The notes under the pieces are model-generated. The model did not search any database. It saw nothing but the letters and a program-made list of their open reading frames with translations, and had not been told where the DNA came from. From NCBI GenBank assembly GCA_951406725.2, contig OX597818.1, forward strand, positions 124,682,001-124,746,000: 64,000 nucleotides of DNA, in the 5' to 3' direction. Numbering within the stretch: position 1 is the first letter of the stretch; every line of letters begins with the position of its first letter. Shown piece after piece: positions 24,705-37,069 of this stretch. This DNA comes from Octopus vulgaris (lineage: Eukaryota). A program made the translations under genes and the position numbers.

Positions 24705-24967
24705 TATACTCATTTATAGTTGAACTCGGACTAAACAATATGCCATCACAGTGCTGCTCCCCACCCGCATTTTCACGTTGGGGTACCCTTAACAAAATCA
24801 TAAACGGCATCAGGTTTCCTTTCGTAGCTCGAACCAAGGCCGAGATCGACTTTGCCTTTCATCCTTTCGGGGTCGATAAATTAAGTACCAGTTACGCACT
24901 GGGGTCGATGTAATCGACTTAATCCCTTTGTCTATCCTTGTTTGTCCCCTCTATGCTTGGAAAAAAA

Positions 24968-24998
<31 letters not shown>

Positions 24999-26083
24999 AA
25001 GCCTGATGATATGACAATTTTCCAGTTCCGTGGCGATATGACCTTCATCGGGGATTCCACATGCTGTGACACCTTCTCCACCAGCAACTTGGGCTGTCCA
25101 GCTACCAAGTCCAGGCTCCGCCCCCTGTCAGGCTGAGGAAGCAAAGTGTGGTAGTGGAAAACACCGGCGTTGTGGGCCCCCGGACCATATCCCTAATCAC
25201 TGCTATCGGAGCGGAGTTGGCTATCCGCAAATGCGAGCCCTGTGAGTGGGAGTGGCTGTTCCAACACATCTCCATCACATTCCTCCGATGGAATGCCTTT
25301 TCTATTTTGTCTGCTGGGACCATGAGGCGGTATGAATTACATGAAATCGAGAGAATTTGCCAGAATGCATGAGGAACTTAATGAGTTTCTCTATAATTGA
25401 TTAGTAACACATAAAAGCATCAAACCAATTTTTTAAAATGTATTTTGGGTCATTAGTAAGTAACACGAGGATTTTAATTAAGTTCCTTGTCTGGTTGTTG
25501 ATACGTGGGATTTTTCTTTTCTTTTTTTTTTTTTTTTTTTAATTCGCTGTTGTTAAAATAGAAATATACTTCATAACATTATATTTTCCTTACCTCCACA
25601 TATAGAGTCCCACAAATGCTCTTCGGCAATTTCGACTATTTTTGCCATTGTCTCTTGTTTAAGTCTATGTCTCGTCTAGAATTCAACACTGTATATATGT
25701 GTGTATGTGTGTGTGTGTGTGTGTGTGTGTAAAGCTATCTTTATTTATCTTCTATGAACATAAGATGTTTCTAGTATACATTTCAGCGTGATATTTGACA
25801 TTTCCATCGTTCCTTCCAGCAGGCGTTTTGAAATATAAATTATTCAAGAAATACAATTTTCCTTTCTTTTTTTTTCTGTCCTTCGTTTCTACAACGTATC
25901 GTAAACAGCTTGCTAAAAAATTTCTTTTTAAAACAATTTAATAGTTGTCTCTTACCATTTCGTTGTTGTTGTTGTTTTTAAACGCAATGTTTATTATTCT
26001 ATCAAGGTTTTTAAGTTGTTGTTGTTTTTTTTTTTAATTCTCCCAAATATTTTTTATTTGGATTTGTCAAAACTCAAAAATAC

Positions 26084-26097
26084 GTTACCATAGAAAC
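26084..26097. promoter_or_regulatory. RFX X-box motif
   Basis: GTTACCATAGAAAC matches RTHNYY-WT-RRNRAC at all 14 positions and lies next to the bidirectional promoter. Confidence 0.55.
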
Positions 26098-26154
26098 GAA
26101 AAGGTAGATAACTCTGCACTTTTCAATTGGCGGCTGTTAGTTCTTCCTATTCAC

Positions 26155-26179
26155 CGCCAGGCGACTCTGACTCATCCAT
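26155..26179 (-). CDS. putative start exon (MDESESPG-) of the minus-strand gene
   Basis: Strong Kozak context AGCATGG. Donor G|GTGAAT is phase 1 and joins in frame (G+AA=Glu) to the 15908 acceptor. Confidence 0.55.
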
Positions 26180-26378
26180 GCTGTTCGAAGGAGACTTTCG
26201 TCGTCAGCTGATTCACAATCACTCCTCCTCCTCTCACGTATCTTTTTGTTTAGTTTTAATGTATTTACAAAATGTGTTAATATATACACTCACTGCTGCC
26301 TGGTTATTACCTACATTGACAATGTTTTAAGTTACACAAACAGATATTGACCGTGAATTGATAGAAAAACTGTCAAAA
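26180..26378. promoter_or_regulatory. putative bidirectional promoter / 5' UTR region
   Basis: Repeat-free 199 nt between two divergent ATGs, with a locally CpG-richer stretch. Confidence 0.5.
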
Positions 26379-26447
26379 ATGGCCAGCGGTATCAGTTTGG
26401 AAAATTTCTACATTTTCAACTCAAATTATGGATCCCGAGAAGGCGAG
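26379..26447 (+). CDS. CCZ1: vacuolar fusion protein CCZ1 homolog, exon 1
   Basis: MASGISLENFYIFNSNYGSREGE, similar to vertebrate FFIYNPRFGPREG (recalled). Donor GAG|GTACTA, phase 0. Confidence 0.92.
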
Positions 26448-26646
26448 GTACTAAATATGTTTTGTTTTATTTCGTAATTTGTGTTATTGCAGTATTTTTC
26501 AATGCATTTGCCCCTTAACAATGGTATATTTATTACGTAGTACAGTGAATAAGTGTCTTTTACAGTGTGTAGTAGATATAAGATGACCGATTCCTTATGC
26601 GTGGTATTAATTAGCATGACGAAAATAGCGGAAGCCAGTTGTTTAT

Positions 26647-26710
<64 letters not shown>

Positions 26711-29700
26711 CCAAAGCCTTGTGAGTGGATTTGGTAGACGGAAACTGAAAGAAGCCCATCGTATATATGTATATATATATATATGTATGTGTGTGTGTTT
26801 GTCCCCCTAGCATTGTTTGACAACCGATGCTGGTGTGTTTATGTCTCCGTCACTTAGCGGTTCTGCAAAAAGAGACCGATAGAATAAGTACTGGGCTTAC
26901 AAAGAATAAGTCCCGGGGTCGATTTGCTCGACCAAAAGGCGGTGCTCCAGCATGGCCACAGTCAAATGACTGAAACGAGTAAAAGAGTATATGTGTGTGT
27001 GTACTCTGGTTTATGTTGCATTCTTCTATGTGCCGTATATTAGAGTTCGATGGAATCGTATTGCGATGGATATGATCGACCAAAACCATCGAAAGTGACG
27101 CCTCAACATGACTAGCTTTTAAAAACAATATACGGTGGTAGACGGGAGTTGGAGGAAATGTTAGAACGTAGCACTCGGTACTTCTTAGTCTCTTCTTGAA
27201 GGAAAAAGTTTCATATATGTAATATAAACAAGTGGGGGAAAACTATTAACCGAGATTATCCTTGCAATTAGTAGACAACCCCACTTCTATAAATCTATAA
27301 ACGTCAAGCAAGGGAAATAACTCCAATAAGATCAATTAGTCAAAATTTTTGGAAACTGAAGACAGTCCAGATTTTTGTGGATTTTGTCTGTCGAGTCGGT
27401 TAGTGAAAGTAACGGAAATCTCTATGGTTCAGAATTATTTTGATCTCTTCGGCGAAGCATATTCTACTCTTGGCAAAACCTGGAAGTTATCAAGTAGTTA
27501 TGAAAGTAGAAATGGTAGCAGTGACACTGATTATGTATATAAACAATTTGTGGAATACAACTCGGAGTGTTAAATACATTATATACGAGTTTCATCCTCC
27601 TTGTACGTTTTGGAGTTCAGCCCTTGTTGGTAGGTGGCGAATCAATAAAATAAGCACCAGTAATGTACCCAGATATGCTCACGGCAATATTCTTCCAACC
27701 CTGTACACAAATTAAGCTTGTATCTGGTATAGAGAGAAATCAATTGTTCAGATTTTGGGAGGCAATGAGTTTGCAAAGGCAATATAACAATCTACCCTAC
27801 CACCCAGTATGATTTCAATAAAGAATTTTGTTTGAAATTCTGAGATTGTCATCAAATATGACTGGCATCTGAAGAAGGCTGGGGGATATACTAACTGGAT
27901 CGATGTAACTATAACAAGATGAGAAATCTAGTCCAGATATATCAGTAGTGTGACAGTGTGATAAGTTTGCTTCACAACATGATTGTGGGTTCAGCCTCAT
28001 TGCGTGGAACCTTGGGCAAATGTCTTCTACTGTAGCTCAACATATATATATATATACACACACACACAAATGTGTGTGTATATATAAATGTGTGTGTGCG
28101 TGTATCAACCTATGCAAGCATAGAAAACGGACATTAAATGGTGATGATCGTGTGTGTGTATATATATATATATGTATGTATATAGATTTGTAAGTATATA
28201 TGTATGTGTATATATATTGCCGGTGGCACATAAGCGAACCATCTGAACGTGGCCATTGCCAGCCTCGCCTGGCCCCCGTGCCGGTGGCACGTAAAAAGCA
28301 CCATCCAATCGTGGCCATTGCCAACCTCGCCTGGTCCCCGTGCCGGTGGCACGTAAAAAGCACCATCCGATCGTGGCCGTTGCCAGCCTCGCCTGGCACG
28401 TATAAATCACCCACTACACTCACGGAGTGGTTGGCGTTAGGAAGCATTGCCAGATCAGACTGGGCCTGGTGCAGCCTTCTGGCCTCCCAGATCCCAGTTG
28501 AACCGTCCAACCCATGCTAGCATGGAAAGCGGACAATAAATGATGATGATGTCATACATTGCTTGGCAACTGGTGTTGGTTTGTTTGTTTGTCCATAGCT
28601 TTGCAGTTTGGCAAAAGTGACAAATAGAATAAATACCAGGCTTTAAAATATGTACTAATGTAAATCCATTTGACTAAAACTTCTTAAGGCTGTGCCCCAA
28701 CATGGCCACAGTCCAGTGACTGAAACATGTAAAAGAGAAGAGATAATGTCAAATTTGCCTTGTTACATTTTTTGTACTGCCATCAATTTTGGGGTTAACA
28801 TTCAAGTGGTCAAGTAAATTAACTGTCTTCTACAAACACTTGTCTTAGTATATTAGCAATAGCAGTTTGGTCATAAGAGGAATTAGATGCAGTGTGCAAG
28901 AGAGGAAACTGCACTTGTTTGATCATGTGATGCAGATGGATAAGGATAGGTGCACAAAGAAGTGCTGGTCACTTAATGTGGAGGGGAGCTGTGAAAGAGA
29001 GAGAGAGATCTAGGAAGACATGGGACGAAGTATTGAAGGTTGATCTCAAAACACTGAACCTTACAAAAGAGATGACAGCGAAAAAAAGATATGTGGTGCA
29101 TTACTATACTCAAGAAGACCTGCCACCACAACAGGATTGAGATCCTAAAGTCAAGGTACCCTGTAAAAAGCACTGGTGCTGGTGCCACATAAAAGGTACT
29201 GGTAAAAAGCACTGGTGATGATGCCACATAGTAAGCACCCAGAATACTCTGAGGAGTGGTTGACATTAGGAAGGGCATCCAGCCATAGGAACCAAGCCAA
29301 AACAGACCCTGGCCTTGCCAGTTCCTGTCAAGCCATCTAACTAACCCATGCCGGCATGGAAAACAGACATTGAAGAATATTAATACGTCCTCAAAGAAAA
29401 TCTATATTATTGGCCACAAACAAGTTATGAATGAGGAAGTGAATTGCAGTGGTAAAACATCAAGCAAATTATATTATACTAGCAGGACCTCTGAATATTT
29501 CATTGAATTAATGATAAACTTATTGGGTTATTTCTGAAAGCATAGCCTGTGTTGTGTCTGTATCAAAGATAGTTGCTCATCTGCTAATCATTAAAAAGTG
29601 AAGGAAATTGGAATATGATGACTATTTAATGCACTTTGTATATACACTTTATGCACAATTTTATAGATTTAATACACAACACTCTCCCATTTTCTCACTC

Positions 29701-32309
29701 TTTGCCATACCTTCTTTTTCTTTCACTCTGTGCCTTTCCCTTCAACTGATCACATGAAAATGTTACAGACAGGCTAAATAATGGAGGGAAAAATTTACTT
29801 ATAAAAAAAAATTACACATGTCACTCACCACCACATCTCTCTCTCCCACCTCTTCTCTCCCCTATTCTTCCTCCACTTCTACTAATCACATGGAAGCATT
29901 ATGGACAGGCTAAGTAATAGAAGAACAAGCAGAATTATTACGAGATACTTATTGAGAAAAAGAAAGTAGTCTGTACTTCTTAGCTTTTCTGATATTTGTA
30001 TGTCTCAGTGTCAGATAGATATGTGAGTAGCTTACTATGATGTTGAAAGATGGTAAAATACAAAAGAAGTGAACCACAGGTGGAGGACTGTACTCTCTAA
30101 AATGTTAATGAAAATCTTACTTAGAAGTTGAAAATAACGTTTGGTACAAGATGCTTCCACACAGTTCCCATGTACCAATTTCACTCACAAAACACTGGTT
30201 GGTCAAGGGCTATAAAAAAAGACACTTGCCCTGAGTGCTGCATAGGGAGACGGGACCCAAAATCACATGGTTGCAAAGCAAACTTTTTAACCCCACAGCA
30301 ATGCCTGTACCTTTGAGAAGAATATTTTATAAGTTATTTGTTCAATTGAATAAAACTGAGCTCTTGATGGTCAATCTTCATATTTAAACATTTAACCATA
30401 AATTTCCTTCAATGCTGTATTAGAAAATAGAACTACTATTTTTCAAACCTATCTGATCTTTGTTGACTATGTAAAGACTCTTGCTTGTATTCACATACAC
30501 AATGAATGGGTTGGGAAGAAGTTTTCCTTGTTTCAAATCAGTGAACAAAGTTTTGAAAATTGGATGAGAAAAAGCATAAATACAGCACTCATTCTTAATT
30601 TACCACCTTTCTCTCACACCAAAACAATTGATGGTGCATTGTTGGCACTTTCATGTAGACTTGGAGTTACAATTCTCATTGCTTGAAGATTGTGAAGTTC
30701 ATTTTTAATCTCTTTTTTGACATGTACTGAAACTGAGTATTCTAAGCAAATTTTATTTTTTACTGTACCCAATACAGAAAACCATTTTTGTTTTTCTTTT
30801 GAAGACAAATGTCATAAATATATTAGATAACCCAATATGAGGAGTAGATTCAAATCTTCAACTTTCTTTTATAACTATCATTTGTGACCCCCTTCAGATC
30901 ATGAATGACCATGGGATTGCACCTAGAAAGTTACCCTCCGAGGCACAAGTCTGGGCAAGGTTGTTTATGGAAGACCAGCAGTCGCCCACGCATACCAGCC
31001 TCCCCTCTCCACACCACTGATGTTATCTAAGGGAAAGGCAAAGGGGCCGATACAGCTTAGCACCAGTGACATCGCAGCTCATTTATTAACGTGCAAGTGG
31101 CTGAGCACTCCACAGACACATGTACCCTGAATGTAGTTCTCAGAGAGATTCAGTATGACACAGAGTGTGACAAGGCTGGCCCTTTGAAATACAGGTACAA
31201 CAGAAACAGGAAGAAAGAGAAAAAGTTGTGGTGAAAGAGTACAGCAGGGTTCAACCCACCCCTCACCAGAGCCTCGTGGAACTTTAGGCGTTTTCGCTCA
31301 ATAAACACTCACAATGCCCAGTCTGGGAATCAAAACCGCAATCCTACGACTGCGAGTCCACTGCCCTAACCATTGCGCCTCCACATAACTATCATAGTTT
31401 AGTTTTATGCAAGGTGCACACTTTGTTCTCTAGATGACAAGTGTGCATGTTCTACTCACATTCGTCATTTACTGTGTATGTATTAAATAATACAAGAGTG
31501 AACAAAATAATCATTCACCAAGAATGCTATAAATATTACATGATCTACATGGCAGTTAGAGCAGACTTGTTTGTGCAACTGAGCAGAATAAAATCCACAA
31601 GGTATTTTTTATACAGATACACTAGATTTTCTAACTTAAAAGCTAATCCATCCATCCCAAGATACCAAAATGTAAGTGTAAAATTTCTGAATGAATATTC
31701 CAGTGAATGGACATTTATCAAACAAGGTAGAAACTGTTTTGAAGAAAACTGTGGTGTATGTAATTGCACTTTCAGTACTGAACATGGCGGGAAGCCTGAT
31801 ATCAAGCAATACATAGAAACGGAAGTGCACAAAAGTAGTGTTGCTTCTACTTCAAAAGAAACTGGTAAAATAACAAACTTCTTGATCAAGAAAAACACAG
31901 ATGAAGAAAGTTAAAATAATAGCCACAGAAGTTACAATGGCATTTCATATTGTCCATCATCATCAGTTATTCAGTTCAGATGACTGTACGAACGTACTAC
32001 TACCAACGGCATTTCCTCATTCTAAAATTGCATGCAAATTTTCAAGTGCAAGGACTAAATGTGATGCAATAATAAAAATGTTGGGACTCCATACACCATT
32101 GCAGTGATCGTTAAAGATATAAATAACTCTTCTTTTTATGGCATATCTACAGATGCAAGAAATCACAATGCTGAGGAAATTTTCCCATTGGTTGTGTAAT
32201 GTTTTTCACATGAAAAGTGGTAAAGTTATTGCAAGATCCCTCCCAAATGAGACCTGAGAAACAATAGCAAGCTTTCACAGAGAGAACCACATTGAGTTAG
32301 GACTGGATG

Positions 32310-32640
32310 TGAGACATATTTACAAAGTCAGAAAACAGCACAGCTCTTTCCATGACTTCAGGAAACATTTTTTCACGCTGAGAGTTGCTGAAGCATGGAA
32401 CAAACTGCCGGCATCAGTTGTTAGTTGTCGGAGCACTGCATCCTTCAAAACTTCCATGCTTTCTGAGATTTGCCAACACTACACCTGATTTTCTCCCCTC
32501 CATACACACACAAGCATGTATCTGACTCATACGTTGTTTGCTTTCCAGACATTTGTACATTACTGCATATACTTTATATGCACTTTCTGACAAGTTGTGG
32601 TGCACCTGAGCACTGTATGCAATAATTTCATTATTATTTT
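32310..32640 (+). mobile_element. CR1/L2-group LINE 3' end
   Basis: HDFRKHFFTLRVAEAWNKLPASVV plus 3' UTR and (ATT)n tail. Near-identical copy at 52660-52940(-). Confidence 0.8.
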
Positions 32641-34042
32641 TGTTTTGGTGGAGAAAACATAAATACTGATTTTGGTGGATGTTTGGGCATAGACACAAAT
32701 GTCTATTCAAAATTCAGGGAAAGCATGAATGAATTGATGGAAGGTGTTGGATGTCCAGCCCATATTCTGCACAATGCTGCTCATACTACACCCAATGTTC
32801 TTGCTGTTGATGTTGAAGTAATTGTTGTTAAATTGCTTTTATACTTTGGTATTTATACTGTTGAAAGATTTCTGCAAGTTTGTTGGTGTGCAGTATGCTT
32901 CAATTCTCTCATATTCTAAAACTTGTTGGCTTTCTTTTATGAGAACAGTCGAGAGAATCCTATGGTTATTTAAAGCACTGAAATCTCTTTTTGATTCTGA
33001 AGAAAAGGTCCCCCAAATTCTTCAATAATCCACCAAGCAAAGCCTGCTTATATCTTGTTCACAGTTTTGAATATGTTTATATGTTTTTAGCAACAGGATT
33101 ATGAAGATAGAATAGAGAGTAACAGCATTATTGAAGTGCTTGGTGGTTTAAAAGAACTCGTTGCAATTATAAGGGAAAGAATTAATGAAAAGTTTATTGT
33201 GAAGGATTGCCTTAATAATGATGCTATCAAATCTGAAGAGAAAAAGGTATTTCTTACTTGAAGTGGATAACTTGTCATGAGTATCTTGAGAAATGGGTTT
33301 CATGTTTTGAAAATTTTGATAACTTTACATGGATGTTATTAGATGCAGTTCCAGCATGGGCACATGAAGAATCGTCTTGTCTAGTGTTAAAAAACAAACG
33401 TATAAAAATTGATGACAATATTCTTTTCTGTCGGTGGTCAACATTTAAAAAGTTCCTTGCTAAAGAGATGCAGATCAAACCTGATGAATGGAAGACAAAA
33501 CTGTACTACAAACGATGGTTTTCTATCCTTCAGCGGACTGAATTTCAAGAACAATAATCCCAAGTTGTTAATTTTGTGCTAGTTCTTATTTAGTATACCC
33601 CAGTGCATAATACTAATGTGAGTATGTCTTCTCGAGGATGAATGTTCAGTGGACTGAAGAACAAAATAAGGTGGATGTGGCCACTGTAGAAGCTATCTTA
33701 CAATGCACATGGAACCTTAACTGTCAATGTAAAGAATTTTATAGGCATGTGTTAGAAAACAAGGACTTGTTAACAAAAGGCAAATCATCAGTGAAATATA
33801 ACTAAAGGTAAAGGTTCGAGTTTAATTCTCGTGCAGTCTGTTAAGAAAATTTTGCATATAACCTTATCAGTTTTGTTTCTTTGCATGTTCTCCATATGAA
33901 ACACAACTTTTTAGTCTATTTCCTGTATTGTTTGCATTAGATATCAATTTTCTAAATTCTTCCCTTTGCATTTTTCTATTGTCTCTATTGAATAAGAATT
34001 TTGCAATGATTTCACTTTCTTGGTATTTCTTTTAGTTATCTA

Positions 34043-34417
34043 CTAGCAGTATCGCCCGGCGTTGCTCGGGTTTCTAAGGGAAATAACTATAAAGCATTTT
34101 TAGAGAGTTATAGCCAAAAAATAGCAAAAAAATGGGGGGGAAATGATGGTAAATTTTTTTTGAGAGTTAAAAAGGTCGAGTTGCGTCCCCTAGACAGTCT
34201 GTGGTTTGTGTTTCTGATTCTCGACCCCATGTCGAATTTATCGATTTTTTTTCAGAACTGGGGGAACTTTTCAAAATTTTCGCTGCGTTAGTTTTGAATT
34301 ATGACATTGGGCTATGTGTGTGTCAAGTTTCATCAGAATCGGTTGAAAGCCGTGGTCAGAGTGAGGGTACAACCTAACAGACACACAGACAGACAAACTG
34401 CCGTTTATATAGAGAGA
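34043..34417 (-). mobile_element. non-autonomous Helitron (family A 3' end, different 5' end)
   Basis: A|TCTCTCTATATAAAC...hairpin...CTAG|T on -. Confidence 0.85.
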
Positions 34418-35339
34418 TATTACCTGTATCAAATAACAATATTTAAATGCTTTCATACTAAAAGATTTTTTTCTCTATTGTCTCTATTTGTCATTAAATA
34501 AAAAATTTAGAATGATATCAATGTAACAGATTTTTTGCTTATTTCTCTGTTGTCTGTATTAAAGAAATACTTTCAAATTATTTCACTTTAACAGTTTATT
34601 TTTTCTAGTTTGTATCAAATAATTTTGAAATGGTTTTACTTTTGTTTTTCTCATAACCCATTAAAATCACTGCTTTATGTTTTTAACTTATGTCTCTACT
34701 ATTATATGATATATTGTTCTGGGTGTGTAGGCATGTATAAATTTATGTATATACAGAGAGATTTCAAGAGTGTCTTGCATATCTAATTTTCTAATCTGGT
34801 AACCCCAGCTATGGGTGGAAGACATATGCCCAAGGTACCATACCGTGGTCAAATCCAGAACATGGTTACATATCTAATTCTTTACTATGACGCGATGTCC
34901 CAGGATAATCCTGATTGGACAGATCTACTACCAAAGACATTCCCATCATGACCATCCTGTTCTTTATTTTGAACATATGTCAAGGATTAAATTTTTTTAT
35001 TATTATTGTAGAGTGTGATTTGGGTGATCTGGCTGTTATTTCTAGTGAAGTAGGGGCGCCTTCTTTGCCTCATCTTTCATTGAGCTACTGTTTAGTCCCA
35101 AATCAGGTCTTATTCAACAGGCTTCACAAACCACCTGTCCGTCATCGTTATCTTGCACTACTTTATCCAATGGGTCCCGCCCTTTTCAGTATGCTACGTT
35201 TTAAGTTAACCGTTTGAACCTCCGAAAAGTATAAGCAAACTAAGACAACCCCCACCCCGCTAAAATGTATTCGCAGGTTCCGAGAGTTAAGTGAGATTTG
35301 GCTGCTATTTTTAGCATAGTTGAACGATTACTTAGAGGC

Positions 35340-35731
35340 GGTAATCTTTCAGTTTTTGGACGTTTGAAAAGGTAAATAAAAATGAAGCCTAAATGATGGC
35401 TTTTATTCTCACGGAGTGATTGTGCACCAGGAGAACTTTGTGGATCCGACAAATGAGGCCGTGCACACGCAAAATGTGGAGAATTTGTGGATGCAGGTGA
35501 AAAGAAAATTACAGCGACAATTAGGTGCGTCGAACAATTTATTTGTGTCATATTTACACTAATTCATATGGAGGAATTCTGTTCCAAAAACGAAAAAAAA
35601 AAAAGACTTTCGTTCACTTTTTGGTGGCTATAGCCCCAGGTCTACGTTGTTTAACAGTTGATTTATTCCTCCTTGTTATTTCCCCTTTCATGTTACTTAC
35701 TTTTTAACACCCTAAACTGAAAGATTACCCC
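35340..35731 (+). mobile_element. Merlin (IS1016/ISXO2-like) internally deleted DNA transposon
   Basis: TIRs GGTAATCTTTCAGTTT / AAACTGAAAGATTACC, TSD CTTAGAGG(C) at 35331 and 35732. Transposase tail HQENFVDPTNEAVHTQNVENLWMQVKRKL...YLH*FIWR. Confidence 0.85.
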
Positions 35732-36971
35732 CTTAGAGGCACCTGTTTGCTCATTCATATTAAGTAGACATAAATGGTGCGGCGTAAGTTCTTGCTGACT
35801 TTAAATTAACAAATATGGTTTATTAAGCTGTCCTCTTCGTTTGCTGGAAAGGAGGTAAGTAGAAGACGGGAGTTTAGAAAACTTGAGATGGAGAAAAGGG
35901 AGCATATTGACATAACGAAAATTACCAATTAACAAATTAGATTTGTTAATTAGATTAGGGAAACTTTTAATCGCGTCTGGTTATTTTACAAACAAAGAAG
36001 AAAGATTTTTGAAAAAACAATTGTTGCCCTAATTTTGCTAGATTTGGTTTGTTAATTAGTGTAAATATTTGTCATGCATTTCGTACGTGGAAACTATTTC
36101 AGAGTATTATCAGAGTTTGTATAAAGATTTTGTTTCAAAGGTTCGAGAGTTAGTTCCCTTTGTTTGAACGTCATGTACGAGCTGTTTGACTGCTCTGTCT
36201 GTCTGTCTGTCTTCTCTCTGTTTATGTATCTTGTTTCCACTTCTTTCCGGTCCCCACCTCCCTTCGTGAATCGCTAGTATGTGTCTTGCATCCTTTCGGG
36301 GTCAATAAAGTACCAGGTGATATAATCGACTAGCCCCACCATCCCCAAAATGTTGGTTTTTGTGCTTTATAATAGAAGGGATTGTTGTTGTTGGTATTCT
36401 TCTTCTTCGAGTGAGAGAGCAGTGCATGCCATCAAAGTGACACTGGGGTAAAATATACGAAGCCCAGTATACCCATCATGACCATTCGTCTGATAAGGGT
36501 ACACCAGGCACATGCATCACAACTGTATGTGCGCGACATGGTGATCCCATCAAGATAAACAGCACATGACCTTGAAGGTGGGGCCCAGTTAGAATTTTCT
36601 TCTGGTCGAGTAACCCATCCCGCTCAAAAGGTTCCTGAATAAGGATTTATTATTATTATTATTCGAAATCGATCAGATATCATTGGAAATTGTAGTTGTG
36701 ATACCAGTGCCGGTGGCACGTAAAAAACACCAACCGATCGTGGCCGTTGCCAGCCTCTCCTGGCACATAAAAAGCACCCACTACACTCACGGAGTGGTTG
36801 GAGTTAGGAAGGGCATCCAGCTGTAGAAACACTGCCAAATCAGACTGGGCCTGGTATAGCCTCCTGGCTTCCCAGATCCCCGGTCGAACCGTCCAATCCA
36901 TGCTAGCATGGAAAGCGGATGTTAAACGATGATTATTATTATTATTATTATTATTATTATTGTTATTTCAG

Positions 36972-37069
36972 GAACATAAGAAGATTATGTTTTACTTTCC
37001 CAAGAAAGTTGACATCGACACCAAAATGAAACAGATTGGTCTCAGTGAAGCAATTGTCCAGTTTACTAA
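36972..37069 (+). CDS. CCZ1: CCZ1 exon 2
   Basis: TTTCAG|EHKKIMFYFPKKVDIDTKMKQIGLSEAIVQFT|GTAAGT; 98 nt, phase 0-2. Confidence 0.95.

Larger units (their letters stand above)
31440..34806 (+). mobile_element. degenerate hAT transposon with nested CR1/L2 tail and Helitron
   Basis: Zn-finger CGVCNCTFSTEHGG..H, GISTD catalytic region, GCPAHILHNAA (CxxH), SKTCWLS (TRW-like), 3' TIR-like CTGGTAACCC at ~34796-34806. 5' end not resolved. Confidence 0.82.

Noticed and set aside
24932-25372. GC-richer ORFs as a host exon
   Set aside because: Frameshifted, no convincing splice sites, and no recognisable family; probably a retroelement fragment.
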